The notes below the pieces were generated by a model. It was not told where the DNA came from. It made no database searches and saw only the letters and a program-made list of their open reading frames with translations. A DNA stretch of 64,000 nt, taken from the NCBI RefSeq assembly GCF_020745735.1, contig NC_083418.1, positions 62,079,776 to 62,143,775 on the forward strand, read 5' to 3'. Position numbers and translations under genes: made by a program. This stretch comes from Hemiscyllium ocellatum. Its lineage: Eukaryota. Shown here in pieces: positions 1-13,800 of the stretch (position 1 is the stretch's first letter; each line of letters starts with the position of its first letter).

Positions 1-2250
1 CCTGAGGATCAGACTGTATGCCAGACTGTACGACACCAAGCCCACAGACAGCGCAGCCTCCCAGTCGTTCCTGTTCTCTATCACAGAGGTCTTAGACAGC
101 AGCACAAGGAAGAGACTGGAGTAGCCGTTATCTGTTGATGAGCTCTCCAAGGCCTTAGAGTCTTTAGAAAAGAGTAAACTGCCAAGATCTGCTGGAGGTT
201 TACACCGGTATGCTTCTGGGAGATAGCATGTGTGAATCCGTGAGAAAAGGTATCATCACCCTCACCTACAAGTGGAAGGGAGAGTGGGAGAAAATTGGCA
301 ATTGGTGACCAATTTCACTGTTAAATGTGGATGACAAAATTCTGTCTAAGGTCATTACCAACTGGGTCAGATCTGCTTTGGGATCAGTGATTCATCTCGA
401 CCGAACCTGTGCTTTACAGGGCTGCCCGATCTCTGATAGCCCCACACTCCTCAGGGATACGATCATCCAAGTGCTGAACAGCGAGAGTGGACTCCTGCTT
501 CATCAACCTGGACCAGGGGAAGGCCTTCAACAGGCTGTCCAAAAAGGACTTCGGGTAGGGAATCTGCGATTGGATCCGACTTGCTCTTTACCAACATCAT
601 TAGTGCAGTCTCAATCAATGGATGGGAATCAGAAAGCTTCCCAATCAGACCTAGAGTTAGGCAGGACTGCCATGCTCTCTCCTGCTGAGTTTGCATGTGC
701 TGAGTCCATCAGGAAAAATGTGAGCCTGAGAGAGGTGACAATTTCAGGCAGTGGAGGCCTGCAGGTCAGAGCCTCCCCTGTACGTGGACGACGTTGCTAT
801 TCCTTGCTTGTCAGTGTGCAGACTTATCAGCAATGTAACCAGTTCAAACCTGCCTTGGTAAATTGTGGTAAGAGCCAGGCCATGGTCTTTGGGAACTGGG
901 CTGACTGATTCTTTATCCCTTTCACCATCAGGACAGATTACCTGAAGGTGGGCGGAATATGATTCAGAGGGGCTGGAGTATGCACACAAATTTGGGAAGA
1001 GCACATCGTCAAGGTGAGGCAGAAACCAGACCTTCAGGAGCACCTCTCTCTCTGCACTGCTGTTGAAAAACTGTTACTGTACCTGGCGCGGGCCTGAACC
1101 ATTCCTAGAAACTGTGCCATTGCAGTCACTTGAACCATCTTCCAATTTACTGGGAGGTCTAAAATGGACCGTGTCTGCAGAGTCACCATGTGCAAAGCTC
1201 TGGATAAGTGGGAGGAGGAACATATACAATTCTGCCCGCATCCTGATGGCCACCTTGTGTGCAGCTGCATCAAGCTGTGCATAGACCCTCAGTACATAAA
1301 CACCAAATGTCACTATGTACTGAGGTTCTACCTGTCCTTGGTGTTGCGAAGGGTGGGTCTGCCCTCAGCACCTGGGAACACTCCCAAATAGTTGGAACAT
1401 TCCATGTCATCTGTGAGAAATTTGCGAAGAAAAACATCTTTGACAACAAGGCCATCAGGAAGTGGTTAGCACGCATGGATTAAGCAATTCATTAGGAACA
1501 GGACAATGTGCTTTGGAAAGGGTTCAGAGGAGATTTACTAGGATGTTGACTGGTATGAAGGGAAGGTCTTACGAGGGAAGGCTGAGGGTGTTGAGGTTGT
1601 TTTTGTTCGAGAGGAGAAGGCTGAGAGGGACTTAATTGAGACATAGAAGATAATTAGAGGGTTAGATAGGTTGGATAGTGAGAACGTTTTTCCTCGGATG
1701 GTGATGGCTAGCACAAGGAGAAATAGTTTTAAATTGAGAGTTGGTAGATATAGGACAGATGTCAGAGGTAGTTTGTTTATTCAGAGAATAGTCGGGACAT
1801 GGAATGCACTACCTGCAACAGTAGTAGACTCGCCAACTTTAAGGGAATTTATATGGTCATTGGATAAGCATATGGATAAGAACGGAATAATGTAGGTTAG
1901 ATGGACTACAGACTGGTTTCATAAATGGTACAACATCGAGGGCCAAAGGGCCTGTACAGCACTGTAATGTTCTATGTTCTATGCTCTATGTTCTATGCAG
2001 TGTCCTCAAGACCCTTTGGAAAATAGGAGGATGCACCTTGTCAAGTTGTTCTCTGAGCAGACTGTCAGTTGGTAGAATGCCTCATCGCCAGAACTTTCCA
2101 ACAAGCACCAAGACATCGCTTGTCTGGTGGCGAGAAGGACACTGCCTGTGAGATTCTTCATGTATGCCCACACTCACTGCAGATGACATGCTGATTCTAG
2201 GTTAGAGACTGTCACACGTCTCCTGCTGGAATGTAGCTTTGCAGAGAAAG
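1..2250 (+). mobile_element. Degenerate Tx1/L1-clade LINE ORF2 (RT to C-terminal Zn knuckle), interrupted by a CR1 3' fragment
   Basis: Translates to GIITLTYK..KG....IGNW*PISLLNVDDKILSKV..NWVRSALGSVIH, an RT N-terminal motif. ETVTRLLLECSFA near 2205-2243 matches the L1-type CCHC tail. Many stops and frameshifts. Confidence 0.85.
1510..1997 (+). mobile_element. CR1 LINE 3' end nested in the Tx1 element
   Basis: LERVQRRFTRML...RRLRGDLIE...WNALP motifs, followed by a (TGTTCTA)n tail at about 1968-1997. Confidence 0.9.
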
Positions 2251-2325
2251 TTCTTGTACATTAGTGAAATTACTAATTTAAATGTGTAGTGAATGTTTGT
2301 AAATATCTATGAAAATAGATTTGGA

Positions 2326-2648
2326 GGTGCTGTTGTTGGACTGGGGTGAGCAAAGTTTAAAAGTCACACACCACCAGGTTATAGTCCAACAAGATTATTC
2401 GGAGGTACTAGCTTCCAGAGCACTGCTTCTTCGTCAGGTAATTACGGAACAGAATCATACAACTCTGAATTTATGGCAACAGGGTTGCAATGGCATGGAA
2501 TGTAAGATTAAAGTTCAATTTGTTTAGTATTATATTCCATGACACTGCAATCCTGTTGCCATAGATTCTGTGTCATATGGTTCTGCTCCACAACCACCTG
2601 ATGAAAACGCAGTGCTTTGAAAGCTAGAAGCTGGTGTTGTGTGATTTT
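2326..2648. mobile_element. Inverted pair of PLE (family 2) terminal segments with degenerate hammerhead motifs
   Basis: Left arm is the reverse complement of the right arm. CTGATGA...GAAAGCTA at 2598-2626 on +, and CTGACGA...GAAGCTA on - at about 2408-2436. Confidence 0.7.
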
Positions 2649-3529
2649 TTAATTATGAGAATGGAAGATATTGAAATATTGAACACATTGGAAGAACTTA
2701 ATAAAATGGCATATTACTTTAAAGAAGCTCTGTGACATTCGACCTTCCAAAAAAATTGGGGAATTGCTTGGAAAGGGGAACTTCTGTACATTCCTGCCTC
2801 CATTTCCTGTTGGAGGTTTTTGACCTCCTGAAAAGCTACAAATTTGAAAGTTATTTGAAAGTTTCTTATGCTGAAAACTTTCACTATTTGATTATGATTG
2901 CATGTTGCATGCTAGAATTCAGAATACTACATTCCACGAGGAAAATTATCATTTTTTAGAGGAAATTATGACCACAATGAAGTCAGCCAAGAAACAACGA
3001 CAGCAAAATGCATTTAGGCAGTGTCTTTAATATAGTAAAGCACATGCACTTAAAGAAAGGACAAGTGTCCAAAAATCTGGTCAAATAAGATTTTGTGGAG
3101 CAACTTAGAGGAGAAGAAAGAGGCGAGAACAGGAGGGAATCCTGAATAGGGAAATTCAAAATTTATATCCTACGCAACCAAAGGCTAATAGTGGGGCAAT
3201 GTAAATCAGGGACATACAACAGACCAGCACAGGAGGAGGGGAGGGATTTTATAAGACTTTACAACTGGTGAGGTTACAGAGATCAAAAGGGGTGCATTGA
3301 TGGGGGTAGATTGCACAAAGTGAGAATTTAAGGTTTAAGGGAGCCTTTGTAGATCAGCAATTGAAGAACTATAGACTCAAGCAAGTCTACTGAATTAGAG
3401 ACAGAAGCAGCAGAGATTGCGATGAGCTAAAATTTATGGAGGCTGGTCCAGGGAAGTGTTGTCAAATCTGGAGGTAATAACTTAGGATTTTAGCAACAGA
3501 TTGGCTGAGAAGGTAGAATATTACATAAG

Positions 3530-4300
3530 AAAAGGATTAAGCCATTTAGCCCTTCAAGGCTGCTCCACCATTCAAATCTACCTCAATGCAATATTCCTGC
3601 ACTATCTTGATATGCCGTGACTTTGTCAGTGTCTAGAAATCTATCAATCCTGATCTTAGACTGATCTTCCAAACTCCTCTGGAGGAAAGATTTCCAAAGA
3701 CTCAGCACCTTCTAATTGAAGAAAGTCTTTCTCATCCCAGTCCAAAATAAATTGCCCATCATTCTGTGTGCCCTGGTTCTAGACCCCAATACAGGAAGAT
3801 TTCCTTTCTACAAATATCCTGTTTAGCCCTCTAAAATTTTTAAAAGGTTTTCATGATATTACGTCTCATATTTTTAAACTCTAGAGAGTACAGGACTAGT
3901 CTCCTGAATCTCTCCTCGTGGGACAATCCCATTATCCCAATAACGAATCTCTTAAGTGCTCCACTCCTGTGAAAATTACATGCTTTGCTAGGTCAGCAGT
4001 TCAAAACTGCACACAATAATTGAGATAGTCTTCTCGCAGTTCTATCCAATTACAGCAAGGTATCTTTACTCCTGCACTCAAATCCTTTTCCAATAAAGGA
4101 CAACATACTGCTCGCTTGCTTAATTGCTTGCTGTGCTTTCATGTTCACTTATTATGACATAAACTCTTTAGACATTAACAATTCCCAACCTCTCAATGTT
4201 TAAGAAATATTCCTCTTACCAACGTGGATAACCTCACACTTATCTACATTACCCTGTCTCAGTTTGCACAAATCCTTTTAAAGCCTCTTTGCATTATCTT
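3530..4300 (-). mobile_element. Old CR1 LINE fragment
   Basis: Reverse-complement CR1 3' UTR and ORF2 tail (ccatttagcccttcaaggctgctccaccattcaa..., caaaactgcacacaata). Confidence 0.7.
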
Positions 4301-4645
4301 CACAAAACACATTCAATCCAGAGACTGAAGTAGGCGATTTTAGTGATAAAGTGATCGGTAGGTCTGCTCAGGCTGAATTGAGATTATGAGTGGTCATCAC
4401 ACTGTAAAATATAGGAATAGAAGTAGGCCATTCAGCCCATCAAGCCTGATCTGTATTCAATGAGATTGTGGCTGATCTAATTCACCTCAGCTCCACTTTC
4501 TTGCTCTTTCCCCATAACCCTTAATCACCTTACTGATTAAAACATGGTCTGGTTCAACCTCATAGTGACCTACAAGGGGTGAAATCTGCAGCCAGGAAGC
4601 ACTTGTGGGAATCTGAAGTCTCACATTTGACAAATGTATACTGCA

Positions 4646-4854
4646 GCTGCAAATGTGTTGCTGGTCAAAGCACAGCAGGTTAGGCAGCATCTCAGGAATA
4701 GAGAATTCGACGTTTCGAGCATAAGCCCTTCAGGGCTTATGCTCGAAACGTCAAATTCTCTATTCCTGAGATGCTGCCTAACCTGCTGTGCTTTGACCAG
4801 CAACACATTTGCAGCTGTGATCTCCAGCATCTGCAGACCTCATTTTTTACTCCA
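4646..4854. mobile_element. Palindromic (hairpin) PLE-terminus insertion with 14-bp TSD
   Basis: Near-perfect inverted repeat centred at about 4731. AAATGTATACTGCA is duplicated at 4632-4645 and 4855-4868. Confidence 0.9.
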
Positions 4855-7293
4855 AAATGTATACTGCAAGAAAGCCGATTTTATCAATGAGGATTAGTGG
4901 GACCAAAAGCCCATTTTGTTTAGGCAAGATAACCAAATTTCCATTTTAATATTGAATTGTAGGGTGGGGCCCCACTCCTGAAACATTTCTGCCTCATTTA
5001 CAATTTGATGAAATCTCCAGTCCATCTGTTCAGTTTTCTTTTTACTTGTGCGCATGTGCAAAGGTAAGGCATGACATGAAAGGTCAGAATTCCCGACATT
5101 TCACTGTCCGCCGCCATCATTTCATGGGTGAAATTTACAAGTTGACAAAGGATTCATCAGGAGCTGACCTACCTGGTTGGGATGATGCACTTACAGTGGC
5201 TTTCTCCATATCTGGGTGGTGGTCCTGCAGATTTGTATTGTATTTTTATTTTGCTTTGGGATACATGAGTGGCCCTCCAGTCACCAGCACATTTTAAATC
5301 CCCATCGACATCACGGTGCATTTTCGAGCACCATCAGTTTCACATTGAAGATTCCCCTTTTTTTATAGTCTGGGTGGGGGAAGGGAAGAGTAAGGCAGTG
5401 TCAAGTGTGAATAATGTCAACCTGCTATTATTTTATGCAGGTGCCCAGTCAAGCATCTGAATTGTCTGTCAGTCATTGTCAAACACAAGAACAGAATTAA
5501 AAATTTACACTCCCAAATCTTTTGAAGCTCCAGTGCAGAACACTGACAATGTTACATAAGCTGCAAACCACCCTGTGTGAAATGAATTGATCTGCAATAT
5601 CAAAGGTGTTGGAGCATTCACCCATTTGCAGTTGATTCCTATTAAACAATATCGCAAGGTCTTGTTTTTAATCCTGTTACCTGTTTAGTTAATGTTTGGA
5701 GATCGTGAATAGCACTATCATTGCATTTTTGTATTATACCACCATATTGTCAGTGATTTATTTTGAAAGCAAAGTCTTATGCTAGTAGACTGTATTTAAC
5801 TTTAATTGACACATGGATCACAATATCAATAAGGATTAGATATACACCCAGGATGGAAACTTAGAGGCCTGAATGACATGGACTTGATCACAGAATTGCA
5901 GGAGATGTCTGAATAGGCCTATCTTAACTTCCACAGCAACTTGCTGCAACTTTTTATGAATCTGCCATGTGTAAAGTTAAGCTTCTTGCTCAAAAGCAAC
6001 AAGTTGCCAACTGAGTGGAATTATTACTTGTTAAATGTTTTATTAGTGGGCAGCTTTCCATCTTACAAACACATCTAACAAACTAGACATTGAGAATCCT
6101 GGAAGTCAGAACAAATACCTAGCAATTTCAGCTTGGTGTTGGCTGCCAGGAACCTCCATGCTACTCAGCACAAAACAATATCTCAGTGCACGCTCCGTAA
6201 GGACCAGTCCACAGCTCTGTCCAGAGAAGCTGAGAGGAAAAGTAGGGTGAGGGTGACAACAGGGGGGAACGAGGAGTGCTGATGCCACAAGAAAGAGACT
6301 CAACAACCTGTTTGTGGGGAGTGGGATTGTGGGCTGCAGACTGTGGGGAATAGAGATGACAGTTATGAACCGGGTTGAGGGGGGGACAGTTGCATTTACA
6401 ATGGAAATGGGAACATGGTAAAGTATGGATAGGAATGGGGAAATGTGGGGGAAGAGATGTGGAGGCTGTTCATGGTCAGGAGCATGCGAGGTGGGAGTGA
6501 CAGTGTCTGACCACATCTGACATGGTCACCTCATGTGCAGGGGTCTTTGGGGTAAAACAATGGGCATCTGAAGCCTCTTGCGGATGGATTTAAAGGCAGG
6601 GCAGTCAGGAAATTGATTTGGATGCTCAAGGTCCTCACCAACATGTAGAAGGTGAAGGTTGGCAACTGCTGCCCAAAGACTTTTCGTAGTCACCTTCCAT
6701 TGTGTTGGAAATAGAAAGTATGATAGGGGAAAGAAACTGGCTGTGACCACATCTGGAGTGGGTAAGGTAAGTGCCGTGATCTGTGAAGGAGGAAACAACA
6801 AGACTCACCAATACAAGGCCTTTTAGAGAACAAGAATATTACACCCATCTCAATGCATTATACATGGCACATAGCTAAGAGCTCCTGAATCCCAAGGCAT
6901 TAGCTCCCTGTCTACTGTACAGTTCTCTGCCCCTGGCATTGCTGACCACTTCATTTACATCGACACTTCTAGGCACACAGGCTATAGAATAAGTGGAGGC
7001 TTTTGACCACGAGGTCTCATATATGTCTTCTTCATCTTGCTTCCACATGTAGCAGAACTTGAATGAATTTGTCATCACTTCAGGGTCCTCTCCTGCTTTG
7101 GCCTGAGCAGGTACCTGGACTCCGGCATTTCCCCAATAACTGTAGCCTGGGCCATGTCTTTCTTCAGTCAAAATGTGTGATCCTGGAAATGTACGCCAAT
7201 CAGGCAGCATCAGGCTTTTCCTCAGCCAACTGTTGCAGTGAGGTGCTCAGCCCAAACTTTCAAAGGCTGACATTCCCAGAGCAGTGCCGGTAT

Positions 7294-7612
7294 CTGAGTT
7301 GTCAAGTTCCCACTGCGGTGTGAGTGTCTGAGCTGCTGGGTTCCCACTGCGGTGTGAGTGTCTGAGCTGCTGGGTTCCCACTGCGGTGTGAGTGTCTGAG
7401 CTGCTGGGATTCCTAACACGGTGTGAGTATCTGAGCTGCTGGGTTCCCACTGCGGTTTCTGTATCTGAGCTGCTGGGTTCCCACTGTGATGTGTGTATCT
7501 GAGCTGCTGGGTTCCCATTGTGGTATCTGTTTCTGAGCTGCTGGGATCCCACTGCGGTGTCAGTATCTGAGCTGCTGGGATCCCACTGCGGTGCCTGTGT
7601 CTGAGCTGCTGG
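7294..7612. repeat. 34-bp minisatellite, about 9 copies (ctgagctgctgggttcccactgcggtgtgagtgt)
   Basis: Unit starts at 7294, 7328, 7362 ... 7567, 7601; head-to-tail with no spacers. Confidence 0.95.
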
Positions 7613-7767
7613 CGCATGCAGGGAGCAGTCTTGCTGAGACTTTCTTTGAGTCCTTGGTACTCTCATCCCCAGAGGTCAAGCAGGCACTGTCTGGTGAAGC
7701 AGCTTGTTTTTCTCCTGGGACTGGTGGACATCCTGCTGATACCTGCAAGGCACAAAGGAGAAGAGGT

Positions 7768-8065
7768 TAGATTAGATTACTTACAGTGTGGAAACAGGCC
7801 CTTCGGCCCAACAAGTCCACACCGACCAGCCAAAGTGCAACCCACCCATACCCCAACATTTACCCCTTACCTAACACTATGGGCAATTTAGGATGGCCAA
7901 TTCACCTGACCTGCACATCTTTGGACTGTGGGAGGAAACCGGAGCACCTGGAGGAAACCCACGCAGATACGGGGAGAACGTGCAAACTCCACACAGTCAG
8001 TTGCTTGAGGTGGGAATTGAACCCGGGTCTCTGGTGCTGTGAGGCAGCAGTGCTAACCACTGGCC
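7768..8065 (-). mobile_element. HE1-type V-SINE (tRNA-derived)
   Basis: Reverse complement of tggttagcactgctgcctcacagc...gtggagtttgcacgttctccccg...ggtttcctcccacagtccaaagatgtgc, with an (aatct)n tail. Confidence 0.92.
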
Positions 8066-8164
8066 AGTGGTTAGAAATGATGTGTAAAGAATGACAGAAG
8101 AGTCTTGGTGGGAGGTGGATGCAGTAAGAGAGATGGAGTAAGTGTGAGGGAGCGATGTATGGCA

Positions 8165-8355
8165 ATAACCCTGGCTGATTGGAGAAGATCATTTATCTTC
8201 TTGTGGGATTACTGTCCATTCTTCTGCACTATGGCGACGGCACACCAAGCTGGCAGATTCTGGTGTGTGTGGGCTCCTCTGGCAGTCCTTCCAAAAGAGG
8301 ATGCCCCTTCTCTGCAAACGCCTTCACTAGGATCTCCAAATCCCTGTCAGAGAAT
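8165..8355 (-). pseudogene. Myb/SANT-like DNA-binding ORF remnant, probably from a PIF/Harbinger transposon
   Basis: Minus strand with one frameshift reads FSDRDLEILVKA...ILFG...LPAW.AVA...Q*SHKKINDLLQSAR, matching the MSANTD/NAIF1-type trihelix pattern. A downstream Ser/Pro-rich exon-like piece lies at about 7615-7742. Confidence 0.65.
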
Positions 8356-9799
8356 CACAACACCATTTTACCATTCTGTGACATCTTCTGGTTGAATGTG
8401 TGTCACTGAAGAGGGGTCTTCGGATTGCTAGCGTTTGTCCGGGTGCACGGTGGCTTTTTAAATATGGCATGAACACCAGGAATTCGCTGTCGCCAGACAT
8501 CCTCTGGTTGGCAAGTTGTTGTGGGACTGGCACGTGGTCACATGGAACTAGAATCAGCCGACAGGGACACCATAGAGGCTGGGTAGGTGAATAATGAGGT
8601 GAGTTCGGTAAGATATGGTGAGAAATCATGCTAGGCCTCACAGCATAAAGCCTTTAAAAAAACTCGACGTAAGTGACATTTAGCCAAAATAACTAAGATT
8701 CAACTCATAGAGTTTTAATGTAGCCATTGTGTTGAATGAATGTCATGCCCAAGATGGCCACCCCAGGAGAGGACCCAAAAGGGTCAGCGGCCTGGGCCAT
8801 CTTTTTCCTCTTCGTCAGCTGCAGAGATGTTGCAGTGAAAGGCTCACCAGCCTGTGCTTCCAAACATTCAACCCTGTAAGCTGGTAGAAGTAATCATTGC
8901 CATTAGAGAGATAAACTCTCACTACATTTATATAACATTGTTTAGAAATACATGATGTATTGTTTGTATAAAAGGTGAACAATGGACCTGCCAACACTAG
9001 GGAGTTGAACAGCATATGGCTTCAGTTATATCCCTGTTACCTTGGAGGAGGTCATGTCACATGAGCAGAAGCACGAGTCAAGGCATATATTAAGTTATTT
9101 TCTGCATTTTGAAACAACTGAGTAAGGAAATTCTAGTGTTTCTTTACTGAATTCAGAATTTCTTAGAGGCATTTTGCAAATCGAGTGTCATATTTCTATC
9201 CATTTCTAGATCAGTAGTCTTGATTATTCTGTTAATGATAGAATTCTGCAACAGATTCTCTTATCCCACTACGCGTCAGTTCATTGTCATGTACAACCTA
9301 ATAACAAGCAAGTTGGTTGAATTGACAAAGTACACCAACAGTTGACTTTGCTTTTCAAGTAGCACTGATTTTACTGACTCTTTTACTAACAATTTTGCTA
9401 ATTGTTTGAGTTTAAGATTCCAACAATCTTTAAATGGTAGAAATTCCTGTAAAGAACTGCCATCTTGTGGACATATTTGTAATGATTAGCTGCAGGATGG
9501 AGTGGATTCTATCTTAAATGTGCATCACTGCTTCAGCAGACTGGTTTGGAATCCACTTTAACATTCGAAGGAAAACTGCAAATTCTGAAAACCTAGGGAA
9601 CATTTTGTTGGACTTACTAACTTTTGTAGCCTCTTGTATAAAGTAGCATTTCCTCGTGTTATACTGAGTTTCCATTACACTATTTTTTAAATATAACAAA
9701 CACAGAAAAAGATATCCCCAGAACTAAAAGATGAAAGAAAACACAGTATAGTCCTGCTCATATCTAAAAGTAACAAAAACACAATGAAAGGTATCAGTG

Positions 9800-10175
9800 T
9801 TGACTCGGTGGTGATACTCACTTCTATGTTTGAACACCATGCATTTAAACATCACTCAAGGACTTGAACATGTAACTTCAGCTTGCACTTTGAGGCAATG
9901 TTTTTTGGATGAGACATCAAATGGGATCCTACCAGCTCTCTCAGATGGGTGTAAAAGATCTTATCTTAATCTCTGAAGAAGAGTAAATGAGTTTTCCCAG
10001 TGCCCTTGCCAATAGTTATCCCTCCAACTAACACCACTGAACCACTTTCATGGGTTATTTATTCCATTGCAGTTTCTAAGATTTGTTAACAGCTGTGTTA
10101 CCTTCATTATACTTCAAAGCAGTTATTTGGTTGTGCAGTACTTTGAAACAGCCTGAAAGATGCAATATAAATGTA
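9800..10175 (+). mobile_element. Deu-domain SINE (SacSINE1/AmnSINE1-like), old
   Basis: ggatgagacatcaaa...gtaaaagatc...gaagaagag...gccaatagttatccctccaac...cttcaaag...tgaaagatgcaatataaatgtaa resembles the Deu-SINE core and tail. Confidence 0.75.
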
Positions 10176-10339
10176 AATAAATTATTCTACTGTTTTGTCT
10201 AGAGACCATGTTCTATATTTCCAACAATTGTCTGAACTTAAATAATTAGCCATTCATTTCCCATGAATTCTTTCAAGTGATTTCCTGTCTTTGTTTCTAA
10301 TCTGCCTTTTGAGTTTAGAATTTTTCATGCCACCTTCTC

Positions 10340-10800
10340 TTTTTGATGCTTGAACAGTCAGGCGGGCGGGACGTGTGGAGGTTTCTGCACCCTCACCAAT
10401 GCCTCAACTTCAGCATCACACATTTCTGAGAAAGTTTGTCAGTCCATTGGCGTTTTCCTGAGAAATCCTTCTCCATATTGGTCAGTCACAAGCTGGGGAC
10501 TTGGATGAGTCAATGGGAATTTTTGATCTCTTGATACTTCGAGAACATCTCGACTATGTGCCTGGGAGTCTCCTGCCCCAATCCAGTTTGAAGTAAGCAG
10601 TTGCTGTGTGGACATCTGGACAACATGTCTCAGCCAGCAGAACTGGTTTTGAGTGATTAGCGCCTCAGTGGGAATGTTGTTGATTGCCTTTCTTGCCACT
10701 GGATTTGGAGCATCTTGCGAACACACTTCTAATGGTACTTTTCCGGAGCTTTGAGATTCCTGTAGGTTGCCTTAGTTTCTGATGTCTATACGAAGAGGGG
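10340..10800 (-). mobile_element. RTE-clade LINE 3' fragment
   Basis: ORF 10439-10726 contains TEALITQNQFCWLRHVVQM, similar to the RTE LRWAGHVVRM motif. Confidence 0.7.
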
Positions 10801-13800
10801 GTCACTGCTTAGAGTTTAGAATACATTGGTGATCAAGGAATAAATTCTGGGCAGATCACAATGACAGCATTTCATCCCGAGGCTACACAGCACTGAAGAT
10901 GTCAGTCAGTCGGGGTCAAAACGTTTGCAGGAAAATCAACTGGCTGGGTGTACTGACCAATAACTTAAACCAAATTCCTCCATCTTCCTTCTCTGTCAGA
11001 GTTCTCAACTGTTTTTCGTTTTTTTGCATTTCTGCAGTCACCCCTTTATCTAACTTCAAGTGGTTTCCCTTGGATTCCCTCTTGGAACAAGTCACACCTT
11101 CCACTCAGCAGCTGCAACTCGACACAACTAAGATTAGAAGTTGAGCCTGAGAGCTCCTAAATCTGACCTGACTGACTCCAGGTTAAAGGAAACATCTGGC
11201 TACAAAACTCAATGGGTGCAGGATAGCAAAATTAGTATCTAACAACATCTGCCTCTGAATCTACAGATGGAGAAGAGATCATAGCCCTTGTCTCAATTTC
11301 CAAGAAATTCAGAAAAGCCCTTAATTTAAATTTTGAATTTTGTTAAAGAATTTTATTGCTAAATTTACTTTAGGTGATTCGTGAAGTAGAATCATGTATT
11401 GTCAAAATTAACTTAAAGAAAACACTTGTAAAGGGCCAAGGAACATCATATGTGGATATCACAAATAGTTTTATATTACATAAAATACCTCACCTCAACG
11501 GGCAATATGTGAAACTCTGCCTTGGAATTTTGGCAGTGGACATTTGATGGGATTACCAGCTGTAAAGGCTCATATCAAACTAAGAGATTGGGTTACTGTA
11601 TGCCAGTTCTATTTTTGGCAGGGATATTAAAGCTAGTCCTTATTAGGGATAACGCATTTAAACTTCACAACACGGTTACTGAGGGTTACTTTAGTTCTCT
11701 CTGCATTGACTCAACCACCTCTTCACCACCTTTAACCACAGCATTAGGAAATGGGTAAGTCGAGCAAAACAGAGCATGGTCAAAATTTAGTATTTTGATC
11801 ACAGCATGGTCAAAAGTGAGGTTTTAGCATTAGTCAAACGCCTTTACTCATTTTAACCCTATTCTAGTACGAGGAAAGATGCATAAAGCGATTTAATATT
11901 AAGTTTGTGATCTCCTGACCTATTTCCACTGGCTGCTGTTTTGACTGCCGTTGCTGTTTCTTATAGGGCAAATGCTTACTTCAAAAAACTAAACAGGACC
12001 CTAATGACAATGTCAAAGTTATGCTCCGATTATGTCAACTGGACCCATGTAAGCTTTTAACTGGAGGTCAATGATCTCTTGCCCTGTATCAGAGCTGCGA
12101 GGAAGAGTGGGCAGTATGAGTGAGCAGTAAGGATTGGCAGATCTACACCAAGAACTGACAGCAACTGCAGGATCGTGTCCAGAAGACACCAAGGTACAAT
12201 TTAACTTGCACTTTTTGAAGATTTTCTGCTAAGCCAGGCAGAGCTGGAGTACTTGTACAGCTCTCAAAAATAAAGCTCAGATGTTCCTCTCCCCTCGACT
12301 TTCCCTTCCCCTTTACTGTACTCATCCCTCAGCACCACAAATTATAGAGTGAACCAGCTGGCTGTAGGGTAAATGTCCTTTCCTGCCCTTGCATTTGCAA
12401 AGATCCCACTCCCACTTGCAGTTAAAATCTCCTGAGCCTCCAGTTGCAGGGGCCCAGATGAATTAATGCCTGCATTGGAACCCCTCACATCGGACTCCTC
12501 CTACAGGTTATGATAAGGTTCACGTGAAAAGATCTATGGGATTCTGTTTCTCTGGGAATGTTACCTTCCCTAACTGCAGAACTGACATTTCACGCATGAA
12601 TCAGACAACCCTGAGCAGAACTTACTGGAAAATTGTTTAAAAATTGTTCTGGGAACTGTATATCTGATGACTGTCACATGCTACTATTGCAGTGCTTTAT
12701 GAAATGCTCACATGTAATGAATGATTTGTTTGTAGAATTCAAAACAAACTCAATTATATTTACAGAATTAATAACTATTCTTAAAACACATTCTTTATCT
12801 GAAACATTACCAGTTAGGCTTTGAATATTAACAAACTCTGTTAATGCTATTGGCTTTTAATAAGATAAATATGTCAAGTTAGGTCTGTGTAGTTTGATGT
12901 ATAGAGCTAATTGTAAATGATACATTTACACTCTGCCATGTCTTAAAAATTTTCATGTAATTACAGAGCATTTAGATCATGGAACAGGCTGTTCAGTTCA
13001 ACAGATCTAACCCAGTGTTTATAATCCACACAAGCCTCCTCCCACCTTACTTCATCCGAATTGATCAATAACTCCTTTGAAGTCTTTCCTTCTCCTGCAC
13101 TTTTTTTTAGCTTCCCCTTCAATCTCTCTTTCCTTTGTGCCTCAAGTATCCCTGTGATAGCAAGCTCCACATTCCAACTACTCTCCGACTAAAGAAGTTT
13201 CATCTGAAATCGTTATAGGCTTTATTTGAGAGATTATTGTTGGATTTTTACAGATCTCCCCCACCAGACCCTCCATCCTCACCCCTGCCTCCCAGAGAGG
13301 GACTGACAGCTGTATCAACATCACCAGCAGTGCCTGGATACTCTTGACAGTTGAGGACTGGGATCTACATTAATCCAAGTTAATGAACATTTGTTAGCTA
13401 CTTACACTGTTTCAGTGTTTCCAGAAATATGGCTCAGCAGGACTCCCTAAGAATCTTCTTCCCAAAGGTCCTAGTGATCTGTCATCACTGATGATAGACT
13501 CAAGCTATCTGGCATAACAGCTATTATCTCTTTATGCAGCACCTCCCCCAAGACTTTCATTCTACATATAAAATATGTACATTTTTATTCCACGTCCACC
13601 CTGTGCCATCATTGGTTCCTTTGGTTCAAAGGCCAAGATAGCTTAACTAATCTGCTCAACAATGTCCTTGTTTCAGAAGAGGGGTAAAACCAAGTAAGTC
13701 CACTGGATGGTCAGGATATATTCCCCGGGGCAGTTCCTCCAGGTCTGCAAAGGTTGCTCACTGGTAGACACCAGCACCAATCTGTTGGCTGTCAGGATGC

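Noticed and set aside
327-908. 193-aa ORF as a host gene
   Set aside because: Degenerate Tx1 LINE RT that drifts out of frame.
4646-4854. pre-miRNA or classical MITE
   Set aside because: Arms are PLE terminal sequence, junctions differ between copies, and TSDs are 14-16 bp rather than TA or 8-9 bp.
7294-7612. CRISPR-like array (34-bp periodicity)
   Set aside because: Units are contiguous with no unique spacers, there are no cas genes, and the context is vertebrate.
11700-12200. Possible promoter or first exon of the SLC26-like gene (short agcatggtcaaaa repeats, donor-like sites)
   Set aside because: Unique-looking, but nothing in the sequence alone ties it to the gene.
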